A DNA stretch of 64,000 nucleotides from Dehalococcoidia bacterium (GCA_032249735.1 JAVVHA010000012.1:6346-70345), one strand, 5' to 3'; counted from the first letter of the stretch, positions 1 to 9,678 are shown. The notes: a model not told the origin generated them from the letters alone. Made by a program: numbers and translations.

Positions 1-4
1 AAAG

Positions 5-340
5 GTGACCCGTGCCGACAGCGGCGAGCCGGTGACGGGCGCGGAGGGCACCCTGAAGGTGGAGCTGACCACCATGGACGGGAGAGAGCGGCGGGAGGTG
101 CTCCTTCTGCCCGTGCCCGATAGGCCAGGCATCTACACCAGCGAGCCCTTCATCATTAGCCAGCCCAAGGCATATGCCTGGCACATCTTCGGGCAGATAA
201 GGGGGGAGTCAGTGGAGACAGTCCTGCACACAGACCCGGTGGAGGACCCATCCTCTCTCCAGTTCCCATCTGGCGGCGGGCCCTTTGGCAGCGAGGGCCC
301 GGGCCTAGTACTTCCCCTCAGCGCCGTGGCCCTCGCCTAG
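5..340 (+). CDS. Hypothetical protein, probably the 3' part of a gene that begins upstream of the window
   Basis: The frame is open from base 2 with no upstream stop inside the window, and the first start is a GTG at 5. No recognisable family. A Gly/Pro-rich C-terminus. Confidence 0.3.
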   Translation: MTRADSGEPVTGAEGTLKVELTTMDGRERREVLLLPVPDRPGIYTSEPFIISQPKAYAWHIFGQIRGESVETVLHTDPVEDPSSLQFPSGGGPFGSEGPGLVLPLSAVALA

Positions 341-426
341 GGCCTCCTGGGCGCTGGCAGCGGCATCTATGCTCTCCTTTCCAGGAGACGAGGCGCCTGA
401 GGGAGCGAGGCCAGGGGGAAGGGCTT

Positions 427-455
427 TTGACCGGCGCAGGAGCCCATGCTAAAAT
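427..455 (+). promoter_or_regulatory. Sigma70-like promoter for the pur operon (TTGACC, 17 nt spacer, TAAAAT)
   Basis: TTGACC at 427-432 and TAAAAT at 450-455 with an exact 17-nt spacer, about 75 nt upstream of the purF start. Confidence 0.4.
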
Positions 456-528
456 GAGGACGCCTGGGAGAGGGCGAGGCTTGAGGGCGCCTGGGGAGGT
501 ATTTGGCCGGCCTTAGGGGGTCTTCTCC

Positions 529-2010
529 GTGTCCTCCCACGGTTCGCGCATGAAGGAGTCTGGCTTAAGGGAAAAGTGCGGGGTATTCGGCATCTACGCC
601 CCTGGTGAGGACGTGGCCAGGCTCACCTTTTATGGCATCTATGCCCTGCAGCACCGAGGCCAGGAGTCGGCGGGCATTGCCACTGGCGACGGGCAGCGCA
701 TCCACGTGCGCACAGGCATGGGCCTCGTATCCCAGGTATTCGATGAGGAGGACTTGCGCCACCTGCGGGGGCATGTGGCCATCGGACACACCAGGTATTC
801 CACCACTGGCTCTTCCCTGCCGCAGAACGCCCAGCCCATCTTGGTGGAAGGCCCCAACGGGCCGGTAGCCGTAGCCCATAATGGCAACCTGGTGAACGCG
901 GAGGCCCTACGTTACTCCCTGGAGGAGATGGGGGTACAGTTCCGCACCTCTACCGACACGGAGGTGATAGCCCATCTGCTGGCCAGCGCCCCAGGCCCCA
1001 CCTGGCGGGAGCGCATCGCTGCCGTCATGCGCGTCCTCAAGGGGGCCTACTCCTTGGCCGTCCTCACCCCCACCAGCCTCATAGCCATGCGCGACCCATG
1101 GGGCATCCGGCCCCTCTGCCTGGGTCGTCTCAATGGCGGATATGTGGTGGCCTCCGAGACCTGCGCCCTCGATCACTTGGGGGCGGAGCTCATACGGGAG
1201 TTGGGGCCCGGCGAGGCCATGGTGGTGGACGAGGAAGGCATGGAGGTGTTCCAGGCCGCCCCCATCGAGCGCCCCTCCCTGTGCGTATTCGAGTTCATCT
1301 ACTTTGCCCGCCCCGACTCGGTCCTCAGGGGCCAGCTGCTTTACCCGGTGCGCATGGCCATGGGGCGCGAGCTGGCGCGGGAACATCCGGTGGAGGCCGA
1401 TCTGGTCATTGGCGTGCCCGACTCGGCCATCCCCGCTGCCATCGGCTACTCCCATGAGTCGGGCATCCCCTATGCCGAGGGTCTGGTGAAGAACCGCTAT
1501 GTGGGCCGCACCTTCATCCAGCCCCACCAGCGTCTACGGGAGATGGGCGTGTACCTCAAGTTCAATCCCCTACGGGAGGTCATCGCTGGCAAACGGCTGG
1601 TGGTAGTGGACGACTCCATAGTGCGGGGTACCACCACCCCCAAGGTGGTGGAGATGTTGCGCCGGGCGGGGGCCAGGGAGGTCCACATGCGCATCTGCTC
1701 CCCACCCATCCGCCACCCTTGTCCCTTCGGCATTGATATGGCCACCCGGTGGGAGCTTATCGCCAACGAGAAGACGGTGGAGGAGATACGCCGCCACATC
1801 GGCGCCGACTCTCTGGGCTACCTGTCCATCGATGGCCTTATGCGGGCCATAGGCCAAAGCCGGGACACCTTCTGCACGGCCTGCTTCACCGGCGATTATC
1901 CCCTGCCCGTGCAGCTACAGATGGACAAGCTGGTCTTTGAGCGTCCCAGCCCTGGAGGCCGGCACCAGCCCGCGCTGACCGCCTGGAGCTGGGAGCGGGA
2001 CCGTCGCTAG
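529..2010 (+). CDS. purF: Amidophosphoribosyltransferase (glutamine PRPP amidotransferase)
   Basis: N-terminal CGVFGIY catalytic Cys motif, GIYALQHRGQESAGIA, and a PRTase fold with full-length similarity to PurF. Confidence 0.95.
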   Translation: MSSHGSRMKESGLREKCGVFGIYAPGEDVARLTFYGIYALQHRGQESAGIATGDGQRIHVRTGMGLVSQVFDEEDLRHLRGHVAIGHTRYSTTGSSLPQNAQPILVEGPNGPVAVAHNGNLVNAEALRYSLEEMGVQFRTSTDTEVIAHLLASAPGPTWRERIAAVMRVLKGAYSLAVLTPTSLIAMRDPWGIRPLCLGRLNGGYVVASETCALDHLGAELIRELGPGEAMVVDEEGMEVFQAAPIERPSLCVFEFIYFARPDSVLRGQLLYPVRMAMGRELAREHPVEADLVIGVPDSAIPAAIGYSHESGIPYAEGLVKNRYVGRTFIQPHQRLREMGVYLKFNPLREVIAGKRLVVVDDSIVRGTTTPKVVEMLRRAGAREVHMRICSPPIRHPCPFGIDMATRWELIANEKTVEEIRRHIGADSLGYLSIDGLMRAIGQSRDTFCTACFTGDYPLPVQLQMDKLVFERPSPGGRHQPALTAWSWERDRR

Positions 2011-2013
2011 GCC

Positions 2014-3024
2014 ATGCCAGAGGAGATGACCTACGCCCGCGCCGGGGTGGACCTGGACGCTGCCCAGCGCCTCAAGTCGCGGTTGGCCGAGCTAGTGCGC
2101 TTCACCCGCACCCCTCAGGTCCTGGCTGATGTGGGACCCTTCGCCGGCCTCTTCCGTGTGGACGGTTTCCAAGAGCCGGTGCTGGTGGCCACCTGCGATG
2201 GCGTGGGCACCAAGGCGCGCATCGCCTCCCTCCTGGGGGCATACCAGGCCATAGGCCGCGACCTAGTGGCCCTCAACGTCAACGACCTCCTCACCAGCGG
2301 CGCCCGTCCTTTGTTCTTTCTGGACTACATCGCCTCCCACCGCCTGGGGGAGGAGGCCATACTGGCCCTGGTGGAGGGGATGGTCCAGATGTGCCAGGAG
2401 GTGGGCTGCGCCCTGCTGGGAGGGGAGACGGCCGAGATGCCCGACATCTACCGTCCTGGCGACTTCGACCTGGCCGGCTTTGCCGTGGGAGTGGTGGAGC
2501 GGCAGGAGTTGATAGATGGCTCCCGCATCGCCCCTGGCGATGTGCTCTTGGGACTCCCCTCCGAGGGCCTCCACACCAACGGCTACTCCCTGGTGCGACG
2601 CGTCTTCCGAGTGGGCATGGGCGAGGACCCAGCGGCCGAGAGGGGCCGCCTAGAGGAGTACGTGCCTGAGCTGGGACGCACCCTGGGCGAGGAGCTGCTG
2701 CGCCCCCATCGCTGCTACTACCGGGAGGTGATGGCGGTACGGGGCCTGGTGAAGGGCATCGCCCACATCACGGGCGGAGGCATCGAGGCCAACGTGGCGC
2801 GGGTGCTACCGCCAGGGGTGCGGGCGGAGATCCATTGGGGGTCATGGGAGGTGCCTCCCATCTTCCATCTGCTGCAAGCGCGGGGCCACATCCCCCCCGA
2901 GGAGATGCGCCGCGTCTTCAACATGGGCATCGGCATGGTGCTGGTGGTGAGCGAAGCGAAAGCACAGCAGGTGTTATCCTCTATCCAGGCCATCGAGCAC
3001 ATGGGATATGTTGTGGCCGAGTGA
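2014..3024 (+). CDS. purM: Phosphoribosylformylglycinamidine cyclo-ligase (AIR synthetase)
   Basis: PurM-type AIRS N- and C-domains (DAGVDLDA, GGETAEMP), starting 4 nt after the purF stop. Confidence 0.95.
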   Translation: MPEEMTYARAGVDLDAAQRLKSRLAELVRFTRTPQVLADVGPFAGLFRVDGFQEPVLVATCDGVGTKARIASLLGAYQAIGRDLVALNVNDLLTSGARPLFFLDYIASHRLGEEAILALVEGMVQMCQEVGCALLGGETAEMPDIYRPGDFDLAGFAVGVVERQELIDGSRIAPGDVLLGLPSEGLHTNGYSLVRRVFRVGMGEDPAAERGRLEEYVPELGRTLGEELLRPHRCYYREVMAVRGLVKGIAHITGGGIEANVARVLPPGVRAEIHWGSWEVPPIFHLLQARGHIPPEEMRRVFNMGIGMVLVVSEAKAQQVLSSIQAIEHMGYVVAE

Positions 3025-3101
3025 GACAGGGATGAAACCCAGCGGAAGATTGACACCTACACGGAAACGTGTAAGCTTGGGGACAAAAAGAAATAAGGCC
3101 C

Positions 3102-3581
3102 ATGGCAGTACAGGTCGTTCATGAGAGAAGGCGTCTGGGGGTCACAAGCAATCATCCTGTGCAGGCGGTATGCCAGGCTTATCGGGGGCACCCGGTTAGG
3201 AGACGCCCCATCGTCATCGACCTCTATCTCAAATCTCACAACGGAGACGAATGGTTCTTTGAGATGAAAAGCCCGAAGCGAAATGAGGATCAGGCAGTCG
3301 GGGCAGTCAGGAAGATGCTCATGGTTCATGGGGTTAGGGGTGCTGGTCCGCCTGCTGTGCAGACATATTACGCAATGGCTTACAACCCTTACGGAGACGA
3401 CCGTAGCGCCTACGCCGAGAGCATAGCGAAGAAATGCCTCGACTGCGACACCATGGTGCTCATGGGTAAAAAGTTCTGGGACCTAATAGGTGGCCCAGGC
3501 ACATACGAGGAGGTGTTGGGGCTTTACAGACAAGTCGGGCGGGAATTCAAAGATGAAGTCCGGGTGAGGTTAGTCTCATGA
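3102..3581 (+). CDS. Hypothetical protein with a PD-(D/E)xK-like motif, compositionally atypical (GC about 52-54% against about 66% in the flanks)
   Basis: 159-aa ORF. The motif VIDLY...WFFEMK fits a hydrophobic strand followed by D...ExK. The stop overlaps the purH start (ATGA). A possible own promoter at 3048-3076 (TTGACA, 16 nt, TAAGCT). Confidence 0.55.
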   Translation: MAVQVVHERRRLGVTSNHPVQAVCQAYRGHPVRRRPIVIDLYLKSHNGDEWFFEMKSPKRNEDQAVGAVRKMLMVHGVRGAGPPAVQTYYAMAYNPYGDDRSAYAESIAKKCLDCDTMVLMGKKFWDLIGGPGTYEEVLGLYRQVGREFKDEVRVRLVS

Positions 3582-5122
3582 TCGCCCTCATATCTGTGTC
3601 TGATAAGAGGGGGGTGAAGGAGCTGGCCTTGGGGCTGGCGGAGCTGGGCTTCGATATCTACTCCACCGGGGGCACCCAGCGTTACCTCCTGGAAACGGGC
3701 CTCCCCGTCCACTCCATCTCCTCCCTCACAGGGTTCCCGGAGATCCTGGATGGGCGGGTCAAGACCCTCCACCCCTTCGTGCATGCCGGCATCCTGGCCC
3801 GCCGCGAACGCCCAGAGCATATGGAGGAGCTGCAACGCAGCCAGATCCCCACCATTGACCTCGTCTGCGTCAACCTCTACCCCTTTGCTGAGACAGTGGC
3901 CCGTCCACACCGCCTGGAGGAGGCCCTGGAGCAGATAGACATTGGCGGCCCTACCCTTCTGCGGGCAGCGGCCAAAAACTTCCCCTCGGTCATCGTCCTT
4001 TCGGACCCCGACGACTATGAGCCGGTGCTGGAGATGTTGCGGGAGGGGGAGGTGCCCATGGCCGTGCGCCGCCGTCTGGCGGCCAAAGCCTTCCAGCACG
4101 TGGCCGCCTACGACTCCATCATCGCCCAGTACCTGCGCGAGGAGGAAGAGCTCTTCCCCCTCCAGCTCACCGTGGCCCTGGAGAAGGTGCAGGACCTGCG
4201 CTACGGCGAGAACCCCCACCAGAGGGCCGCCCTCTACCGCCTGCTGACCCCGGGCCCTGGCACGGGGATGGCCACGGCCCGCCAGCTCCACGGTCGGGAG
4301 CTATCCTATAACAACATCATGGATGCCGATGCCGCCTGGCAGGCGGTGTGCGATTTCCAAGAGCCCACGGTGGTCATCGTGAAGCACGCCAACCCCTGCG
4401 GCCTCGCCTCCCGTCCCCACTTGGCGGAGGCCTTCCAGCTGGCCTTCCAGGGCGACCCCATCTCCGCCTTCGGAGGCATCGTGGCCGTAAATCGCCCTGT
4501 AGACCTGGCCCTGGCCCAGGCCATAAGGGAGGCCCGCCACCCCACCAGCGGCCAGAGGCTCTTCCTGGAGGTCATTATCGCCCCCGAGTATGAGGCGGAG
4601 GCCCTGCTCCTCCTAAAGAAGAGCCCTAACCTGCGCATCCTCCAGGTGAGCTCGCCCCCTGCCGATCACCTGACCTATCGCCACGTCTCGGGGGGCCTTT
4701 TAGTCCAGGAGCCCGACCGCTACCCGGACCATCAGCTGGAGATGAAGGTGGTCACCAAAAGGGCCCCCTCACCCCAGGAGATGGAAGATCTCCTCTTCGC
4801 CTGGAAGGCCTGCAAACACGTCAAGTCCAACGCCATCGTGGTGGCCAAGGACAAGGCCCTTTTGGGCATGGGAGCTGGCCAGCCCAACCGCGTCCAGAGC
4901 GTGCGCCTGGCTACCGAGGGAGCGGGGCCGCGAGCCCAAGGGGCGGTCCTGGCATCCGACGCCTTCTTCCCCTTCCCCGACTCGGTGGAGGAGGCGGCCA
5001 GGGCAGGCATCACCGCCATCGTGCAGCCCGGGGGATCGGTGCGGGACGAGGAGGTGATCAGGGCCGCCGACCACCATGGCCTGGCCATGGTCTTCACCGG
5101 GGTCCGCCACTTCCGTCACTAG
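3578..5122 (+). CDS. purH: Bifunctional AICAR transformylase / IMP cyclohydrolase
   Basis: MGS-like N-domain (ISVSDKRG...STGGT) plus an AICARFT domain, at full length. Confidence 0.95.
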   Translation: MIALISVSDKRGVKELALGLAELGFDIYSTGGTQRYLLETGLPVHSISSLTGFPEILDGRVKTLHPFVHAGILARRERPEHMEELQRSQIPTIDLVCVNLYPFAETVARPHRLEEALEQIDIGGPTLLRAAAKNFPSVIVLSDPDDYEPVLEMLREGEVPMAVRRRLAAKAFQHVAAYDSIIAQYLREEEELFPLQLTVALEKVQDLRYGENPHQRAALYRLLTPGPGTGMATARQLHGRELSYNNIMDADAAWQAVCDFQEPTVVIVKHANPCGLASRPHLAEAFQLAFQGDPISAFGGIVAVNRPVDLALAQAIREARHPTSGQRLFLEVIIAPEYEAEALLLLKKSPNLRILQVSSPPADHLTYRHVSGGLLVQEPDRYPDHQLEMKVVTKRAPSPQEMEDLLFAWKACKHVKSNAIVVAKDKALLGMGAGQPNRVQSVRLATEGAGPRAQGAVLASDAFFPFPDSVEEAARAGITAIVQPGGSVRDEEVIRAADHHGLAMVFTGVRHFRH

Positions 5123-5132
5123 GGGGCAGGAC

Positions 5133-5885
5133 ATGGTCTCCGTGGATGTAGTCGTCCCTGTCTACAACGAGGAGCAGGACCTGCCCCGCAACATCCCTAT
5201 TCTACACTCCTTCCTTTCGTCGCCTGTCTTTCCCTATGCCTGGCGCATCGTTATCGCCGACAACGCCAGCACCGACGCCACCCCCCAGGTGGCCCAGGAG
5301 CTGGCGCAAAGCCTCTCCGGCGTTGAGTACCTGCGCATCGAGCAGAAGGGCCGAGGCATCGCCCTGCGCACCGCCTGGGGCCGCTCCCAGGCCGACATCG
5401 TGAGCTATATGGACGTAGACCTGTCCACCGACCTCTCGGCCTTCCCCTCTCTGATAAAGGCGGTGGCCGAAGAGGGCTATCATCTGGCCATCGGCACCCG
5501 GCTGGCCCGCGGCGCCCAGGTGAAGCGCTCCTTACGTCGCACCTTCCTCTCCCGCGCCTATATGCTCATCCTCAAGGCTACCCTTCACGTCCACTTCAGC
5601 GATGCTCAATGTGGGTTCAAGGCCCTGCAGCGCCTGGTGGCCCAACGTCTTCTCCCCCTTACCAAGGACGTGGGCTGGTTCTTCGACACCGAGCTTCTGG
5701 TGCTGGCCGAGCGGGCCGGTTACCGCATCGCCCAGATCCCCGTGCGCTGGCACGAGGACCCCGACTCCCGTGTGCGCATCCTGCCCACGGTGGCCCAGGA
5801 CCTGCGGGGCATCTGGCGCCTGCTGCGAGAGCGCCCCTGGCAAGCCCTAGCTGTCGAGGGGTCCCGGCCGCCCGCAGTCAGGTAG
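5133..5885 (+). CDS. Family 2 glycosyltransferase (dolichol-phosphate mannosyltransferase-like)
   Basis: VSVDVVVPVYNEE, ADNASTDAT, and a DxD-type GT2 fold. The ATG at 5133 follows a GGGGG RBS right after the purH stop. The gene sits inside the pur operon. Confidence 0.85.
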   Translation: MVSVDVVVPVYNEEQDLPRNIPILHSFLSSPVFPYAWRIVIADNASTDATPQVAQELAQSLSGVEYLRIEQKGRGIALRTAWGRSQADIVSYMDVDLSTDLSAFPSLIKAVAEEGYHLAIGTRLARGAQVKRSLRRTFLSRAYMLILKATLHVHFSDAQCGFKALQRLVAQRLLPLTKDVGWFFDTELLVLAERAGYRIAQIPVRWHEDPDSRVRILPTVAQDLRGIWRLLRERPWQALAVEGSRPPAVR

Positions 5886-5928
5886 GGCTTCTCCCCTCTG
5901 CCTTCTTCCTCTATCATCAAGTGGGGGC

Positions 5929-7221
5929 ATGATCGAGCGTTATACACGGCCCCAGATGGGCCGCATCTGGTCGCAGGAGAACAAGCTCCGCAAGTGGCTA
6001 CAGGTGGAGGTGGCCGTGGCTGAGGCGTGGGCGGAGCTAGGGCGCATACCGCCCGCCGCTTTGGAGGCCATACGCCGGGCCACCTACGACCTGGAGCGTT
6101 GGCGCCTCTACGAGCAGGAGATGCACCACGACTTCAACGCCTTCCTACGCACCGTGGCCGATTCCCTCCCACCAGAGGCGGCCAGCTACCTCCACCTGGG
6201 CCTCACCTCCTACGACGTGGAGGATACGGCCCTCAGCCTCATGATCCAGGAGGCAGCCCAACTCCTGGTGGAGGACGTGGACCAACTGCGAGAGGCCATC
6301 GCCCAAAGGGCACGGGAACACAAATACACAGTGATGGCCGGGCGCACCCACGGGGTGCACGCCGAACCCACCACCTTCGGCCTCAAGCTAGCCCTTTGGT
6401 GGGACGACCTGGGACGCCACCGCCAGCGCCTCCTGCAAGCCAAGGAGGAGATGGCGGTGGGCAAGATATCGGGGCCCGTGGGCACCCACGCCACCGTCCC
6501 CCCGGAGGTGGAGGAGAAGGTGTGCGCCCGCCTAGGCCTCCGCCCCGCCCCCACCTCGGACCAGGTTCTCTCCCGCGACCGCCACGCCTACTTCTTGGCC
6601 ACCATCGCCCTCACAGGCGCCAGCCTCGAGCGCTTCGCCACCGAGGTGCGACACCTGCAGCGCACAGAGGTGCGGGAAGTGGAGGAGCCCTTCGTCTCGG
6701 GGCAGACGGGCTCCAGCGCCATGCCCCACAAGCGCAACCCCGAGAAGTGCGAGCGCATCTGCGGCCTGGCCCGCCTCCTGCGTGGCTACGCCTTGGCCGT
6801 CACGGAGAACATCGCCCTCTGGCACGAGAGGGACATCTCCCACTCCTCCGTGGAACGGGTGGCCCTGCCCGACGCCTGCATTGTGCTAGACTATATGCTG
6901 GACCTCTTCACCCAGGTGGTACAAGGGATGCGCGTCTATCCGGAGCGGATGAAGGCCAACCTGGACATCACCTGCGGCCTCATCTTCTCCCAGCGTGTCC
7001 TCCTGGCTCTCATGGAGAAGGGTCTCCCCCGCCCCATGGCCTACGAGGTCGTCCAGCGCAACGCCATGCGGGCTTGGGAACAAGGCCTTTCCTTCCGCCA
7101 GCTCCTGGGCCAAGACCCGCAGGTCTCCTCCCTCCTGAGCCCCCAGCAGCTGGATGCCCTCTTCGACCTCCAGTACTATTTGCGCTATGTGGACCAAGTC
7201 TTCACGAGGGTGGGCCTGTGA
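5929..7221 (+). CDS. purB: Adenylosuccinate lyase
   Basis: MIERYTRPQMGRIW N-terminus and the fumarate-lyase signature (GSSAMPHKRNP). Confidence 0.95.
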   Translation: MIERYTRPQMGRIWSQENKLRKWLQVEVAVAEAWAELGRIPPAALEAIRRATYDLERWRLYEQEMHHDFNAFLRTVADSLPPEAASYLHLGLTSYDVEDTALSLMIQEAAQLLVEDVDQLREAIAQRAREHKYTVMAGRTHGVHAEPTTFGLKLALWWDDLGRHRQRLLQAKEEMAVGKISGPVGTHATVPPEVEEKVCARLGLRPAPTSDQVLSRDRHAYFLATIALTGASLERFATEVRHLQRTEVREVEEPFVSGQTGSSAMPHKRNPEKCERICGLARLLRGYALAVTENIALWHERDISHSSVERVALPDACIVLDYMLDLFTQVVQGMRVYPERMKANLDITCGLIFSQRVLLALMEKGLPRPMAYEVVQRNAMRAWEQGLSFRQLLGQDPQVSSLLSPQQLDALFDLQYYLRYVDQVFTRVGL

Positions 7222-8117
7222 AAGAGGTGTTACTGGAGAGCCACCTAAACTTGCCCCTCTACCGGCGGGGCAAGGTGCGCGATACCTACGACTTAGGGGA
7301 TCGCCTGCTGATGGTGACCACAGACCGTATCTCCGCCTATGATGTGGTGCTGCCTACAGGCATCCCTGGTCGAGGCCTTGTCCTCACCCAGCTCTCTGCC
7401 TTCTGGTTCCAGCTCACGGGGGACGTGGTCCCCAACCACTTCCTGTACCTGGTGGAGGGGCCCGAGGCCGAGGCTCTGGGCCTTCCCAGGGAGATGGTCG
7501 GGCGGGCCATGGTGGTGCGCAAGGCCCGGCGGCTGGACGTGGAGTGCATCGTGCGCGGCTATCTCACGGGCTCCGCGTGGCAGGAGTATCGCGAGCGGGG
7601 TACTGTCTGGGGCCACAAGCTCCCAGAGGGTCTGGTGGAGTCCCAGGAGCTGCCTGAGCCCCTCTTCACCCCCACCACCAAGGCGGAGACAGATCACGAC
7701 CGCCCCTTGACCTTTCGGGAGATGGCCAACATGGTGGGTGAGGAGGCAGCTCACATCATGCGTGTGCGCAGCCTCGCCCTCTACGGCTACGCTCGCCAAT
7801 ACGCTCGGGAGCGGGGCATCATCATCGCCGACACCAAATTCGAGTTTGGGTGGGTGGACGACGAGCTGGTGGTGATAGATGAGCTCCTCACCCCTGATTC
7901 CAGCCGTTTCTGGCTGGTGGAGGATTATCGCCCAGGCGGCCCCCAGCACAGCTACGACAAACAGCTGGTGCGCGACTACCTGGACAGCATGGGCTGGGAC
8001 CGCCGCCCTCCGGCCCCTCCCCTGCCGCCAGAGGTGGTGGCCGAGACGGCCCATAGGTACTTGGAGGTGTTCCAGCGGCTCACCGGGCAGGAGCTGCTGA
8101 TACCAGCATCGGAGTGA
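7218..8117 (+). CDS. purC: Phosphoribosylaminoimidazole-succinocarboxamide synthase (SAICAR synthetase)
   Basis: GTG at 7218 overlaps the purB stop (GTGA). LYRGKVRDTYDL, MVTTDRISAYDV, and IIADTKFEFG. The longer annotated frame upstream, from 6027, is a GC-frame artefact. Confidence 0.9.
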   Translation: MKEVLLESHLNLPLYRRGKVRDTYDLGDRLLMVTTDRISAYDVVLPTGIPGRGLVLTQLSAFWFQLTGDVVPNHFLYLVEGPEAEALGLPREMVGRAMVVRKARRLDVECIVRGYLTGSAWQEYRERGTVWGHKLPEGLVESQELPEPLFTPTTKAETDHDRPLTFREMANMVGEEAAHIMRVRSLALYGYARQYARERGIIIADTKFEFGWVDDELVVIDELLTPDSSRFWLVEDYRPGGPQHSYDKQLVRDYLDSMGWDRRPPAPPLPPEVVAETAHRYLEVFQRLTGQELLIPASE

Positions 8118-8374
8118 TGCCTAGGTTCCTAGCCCGCGTCTACATCACCCTCAAGCCAGGGGTGAACGACCCCCAAGGGCTCACCATACGCCACGCCCTT
8201 CACCAGCTTGGGTACACCGCCGTGGCCTCTGTGCGGGCCGGCAAGTATCTGGAGATCTGGATGGAGGCGGCTGACCATCAGGAGGCCACCAAACAGGTGG
8301 AGGAGATGTGCCACCGCCTCCTGGCCAACCCCGTCATCGAGACCTTTCGCCTCCAAGTGGAGGAGACCTCATAG
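8114..8374 (+). CDS. purS: FGAM synthase PurS subunit
   Basis: 86 aa, with ARVYITLKPGVNDPQG. The ATGA overlaps purC. Confidence 0.9.
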   Translation: MMPRFLARVYITLKPGVNDPQGLTIRHALHQLGYTAVASVRAGKYLEIWMEAADHQEATKQVEEMCHRLLANPVIETFRLQVEETS

Positions 8375-9070
8375 CGCCTCCTTGAAGAGGCGCAACACGC
8401 GGGTCCAGGCGTCCTGGGCGGCGCGGGGGTTGTAGACGTCGGGACGGGTGTCGTTGAAGAAGGCGTGCTGGGTCCCGGGGTATACGTGGATCTCGAACTG
8501 CTTGCCGTACCTCTCTAGGGCAGCCCTCAGCTCCTCCGCCCGCCGCGCCGGCTCCACCCACGGGTCGTTCTCGGCGTAGATGGCCAAGACAGGCCCCCTT
8601 ATGTTCTGCACCCGGTCGATGGGCTCGGGGTTGACACCGTAGAAGGGGGCCACAGCGCGGATATGGGGGCTCTCGCAAGCCAGCTCCAGGGCCAGCCCAC
8701 CCCCCATGCAGAAGCCGATGGCCCCAATGCCCCGGCCCTGAATATAAGGCTGAGAGGCCAAGAAGGCGGCGGCGGCCACCAGCTCCCTTACCGCCTTCCT
8801 CATGTCCAGGGAGGTCATGAGGCGCTCCGCCTCCCCAGGGTCGGCGGTCACCCGGCCGTGGTAGAGGTCCGGGGCCAGGGCGGCGAACCCCTCAGAAGCG
8901 AAACGGCGACATACATCTTTGATGTGCTCATCCAGGCCCCACCACTCCTGCACGACGATGACGCCCGGCAGGGGGCCAGGGCCCTCCGGACGCGCCAGAA
9001 AGCCCGTGGCTCTCTCCCCATCGACAGGGAAGCTGACCATCTCCGTCACCACCTGAGTCATAGGCTCCAC
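8369..9070 (-). CDS. Dienelactone hydrolase family protein (carboxymethylenebutenolidase-like)
   Basis: An alpha/beta hydrolase with VIVVQEWWGLDEHIKD and GFCMGG (nucleophile elbow). Confidence 0.85.
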   Translation of the reverse strand: MEPMTQVVTEMVSFPVDGERATGFLARPEGPGPLPGVIVVQEWWGLDEHIKDVCRRFASEGFAALAPDLYHGRVTADPGEAERLMTSLDMRKAVRELVAAAAFLASQPYIQGRGIGAIGFCMGGGLALELACESPHIRAVAPFYGVNPEPIDRVQNIRGPVLAIYAENDPWVEPARRAEELRAALERYGKQFEIHVYPGTQHAFFNDTRPDVYNPRAAQDAWTRVLRLFKEAL

Positions 9071-9076
9071 CTCCTT

Positions 9077-9667
9077 TCACAGGGTTCCTTTGGTAGTGGG
9101 TATCTCGCCTCCTAAGCGGGGTTCGGGACGGGTGGCCTGACGCAGCGCCAGGGCCAGGGCCTTGAAGATGGCCTCGGCACGATGATGGTCGTTCTCGCCC
9201 GAGAGGAGGCGCGCGTGTAAGTTGAGACGTCCGCCCTGGGCCAGGGCCTGCAGGAGGTGACCTATGAGCTCCGTGGGCAAGGAGCCCAACATATCCCTCC
9301 TGAAGGCGGCCTCCACGTGAGCCCAAGGCCTCCCTCCCAGGTCCACCGCCACCAGGGCTAGGGCATCGTCCATGGGGACCAACGCATGTCCGAAGCGGAC
9401 GATACCCCGCCTCTCCCCCAGAGCCTCATCGAGAGCGTGGCCCAAGGCCAGCCCCACGTCTTCCACCAGGTGATGCGCCTCCCGCTCTAGGTCGCCGCTC
9501 GCCTCCACGACCAAATCAAATAGCGCGTGGCGGGCCAGCTGCTCCAGCAGATGGTCCAGCATGCCGATGCCCGTGCGCACCTGATAACGCCCCTGCCCGT
9601 CCAGGTCCACCTCCACCGCCACCTGCGTCTCTGAGGTCTGGCGCTGGTAGCGACCGCGCCTCTCCAT
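9077..9667 (-). CDS. hisB: Imidazoleglycerol-phosphate dehydratase
   Basis: RQTSETQVAVEVDLDG, IGMLDHLLEQLARH, and the HHLVEDVG motifs. The ATG at 9667 has a GGAG RBS. The ORF-track start at 9814 is upstream read-through inside the hisC 3' end. Confidence 0.9.
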   Translation of the reverse strand: MERRGRYQRQTSETQVAVEVDLDGQGRYQVRTGIGMLDHLLEQLARHALFDLVVEASGDLEREAHHLVEDVGLALGHALDEALGERRGIVRFGHALVPMDDALALVAVDLGGRPWAHVEAAFRRDMLGSLPTELIGHLLQALAQGGRLNLHARLLSGENDHHRAEAIFKALALALRQATRPEPRLGGEIPTTKGTL

Positions 9668-9678
9668 TCCACCACTCC

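Noticed and set aside
6027-7217. Long ORF (the first roughly 400 codons of the annotated 696-aa frame) overlapping purB in another frame
   Set aside because: A Pro/Arg/Gly-rich translation typical of an open GC-rich alternative frame. Only the segment from the GTG at 7218 onward matches PurC.
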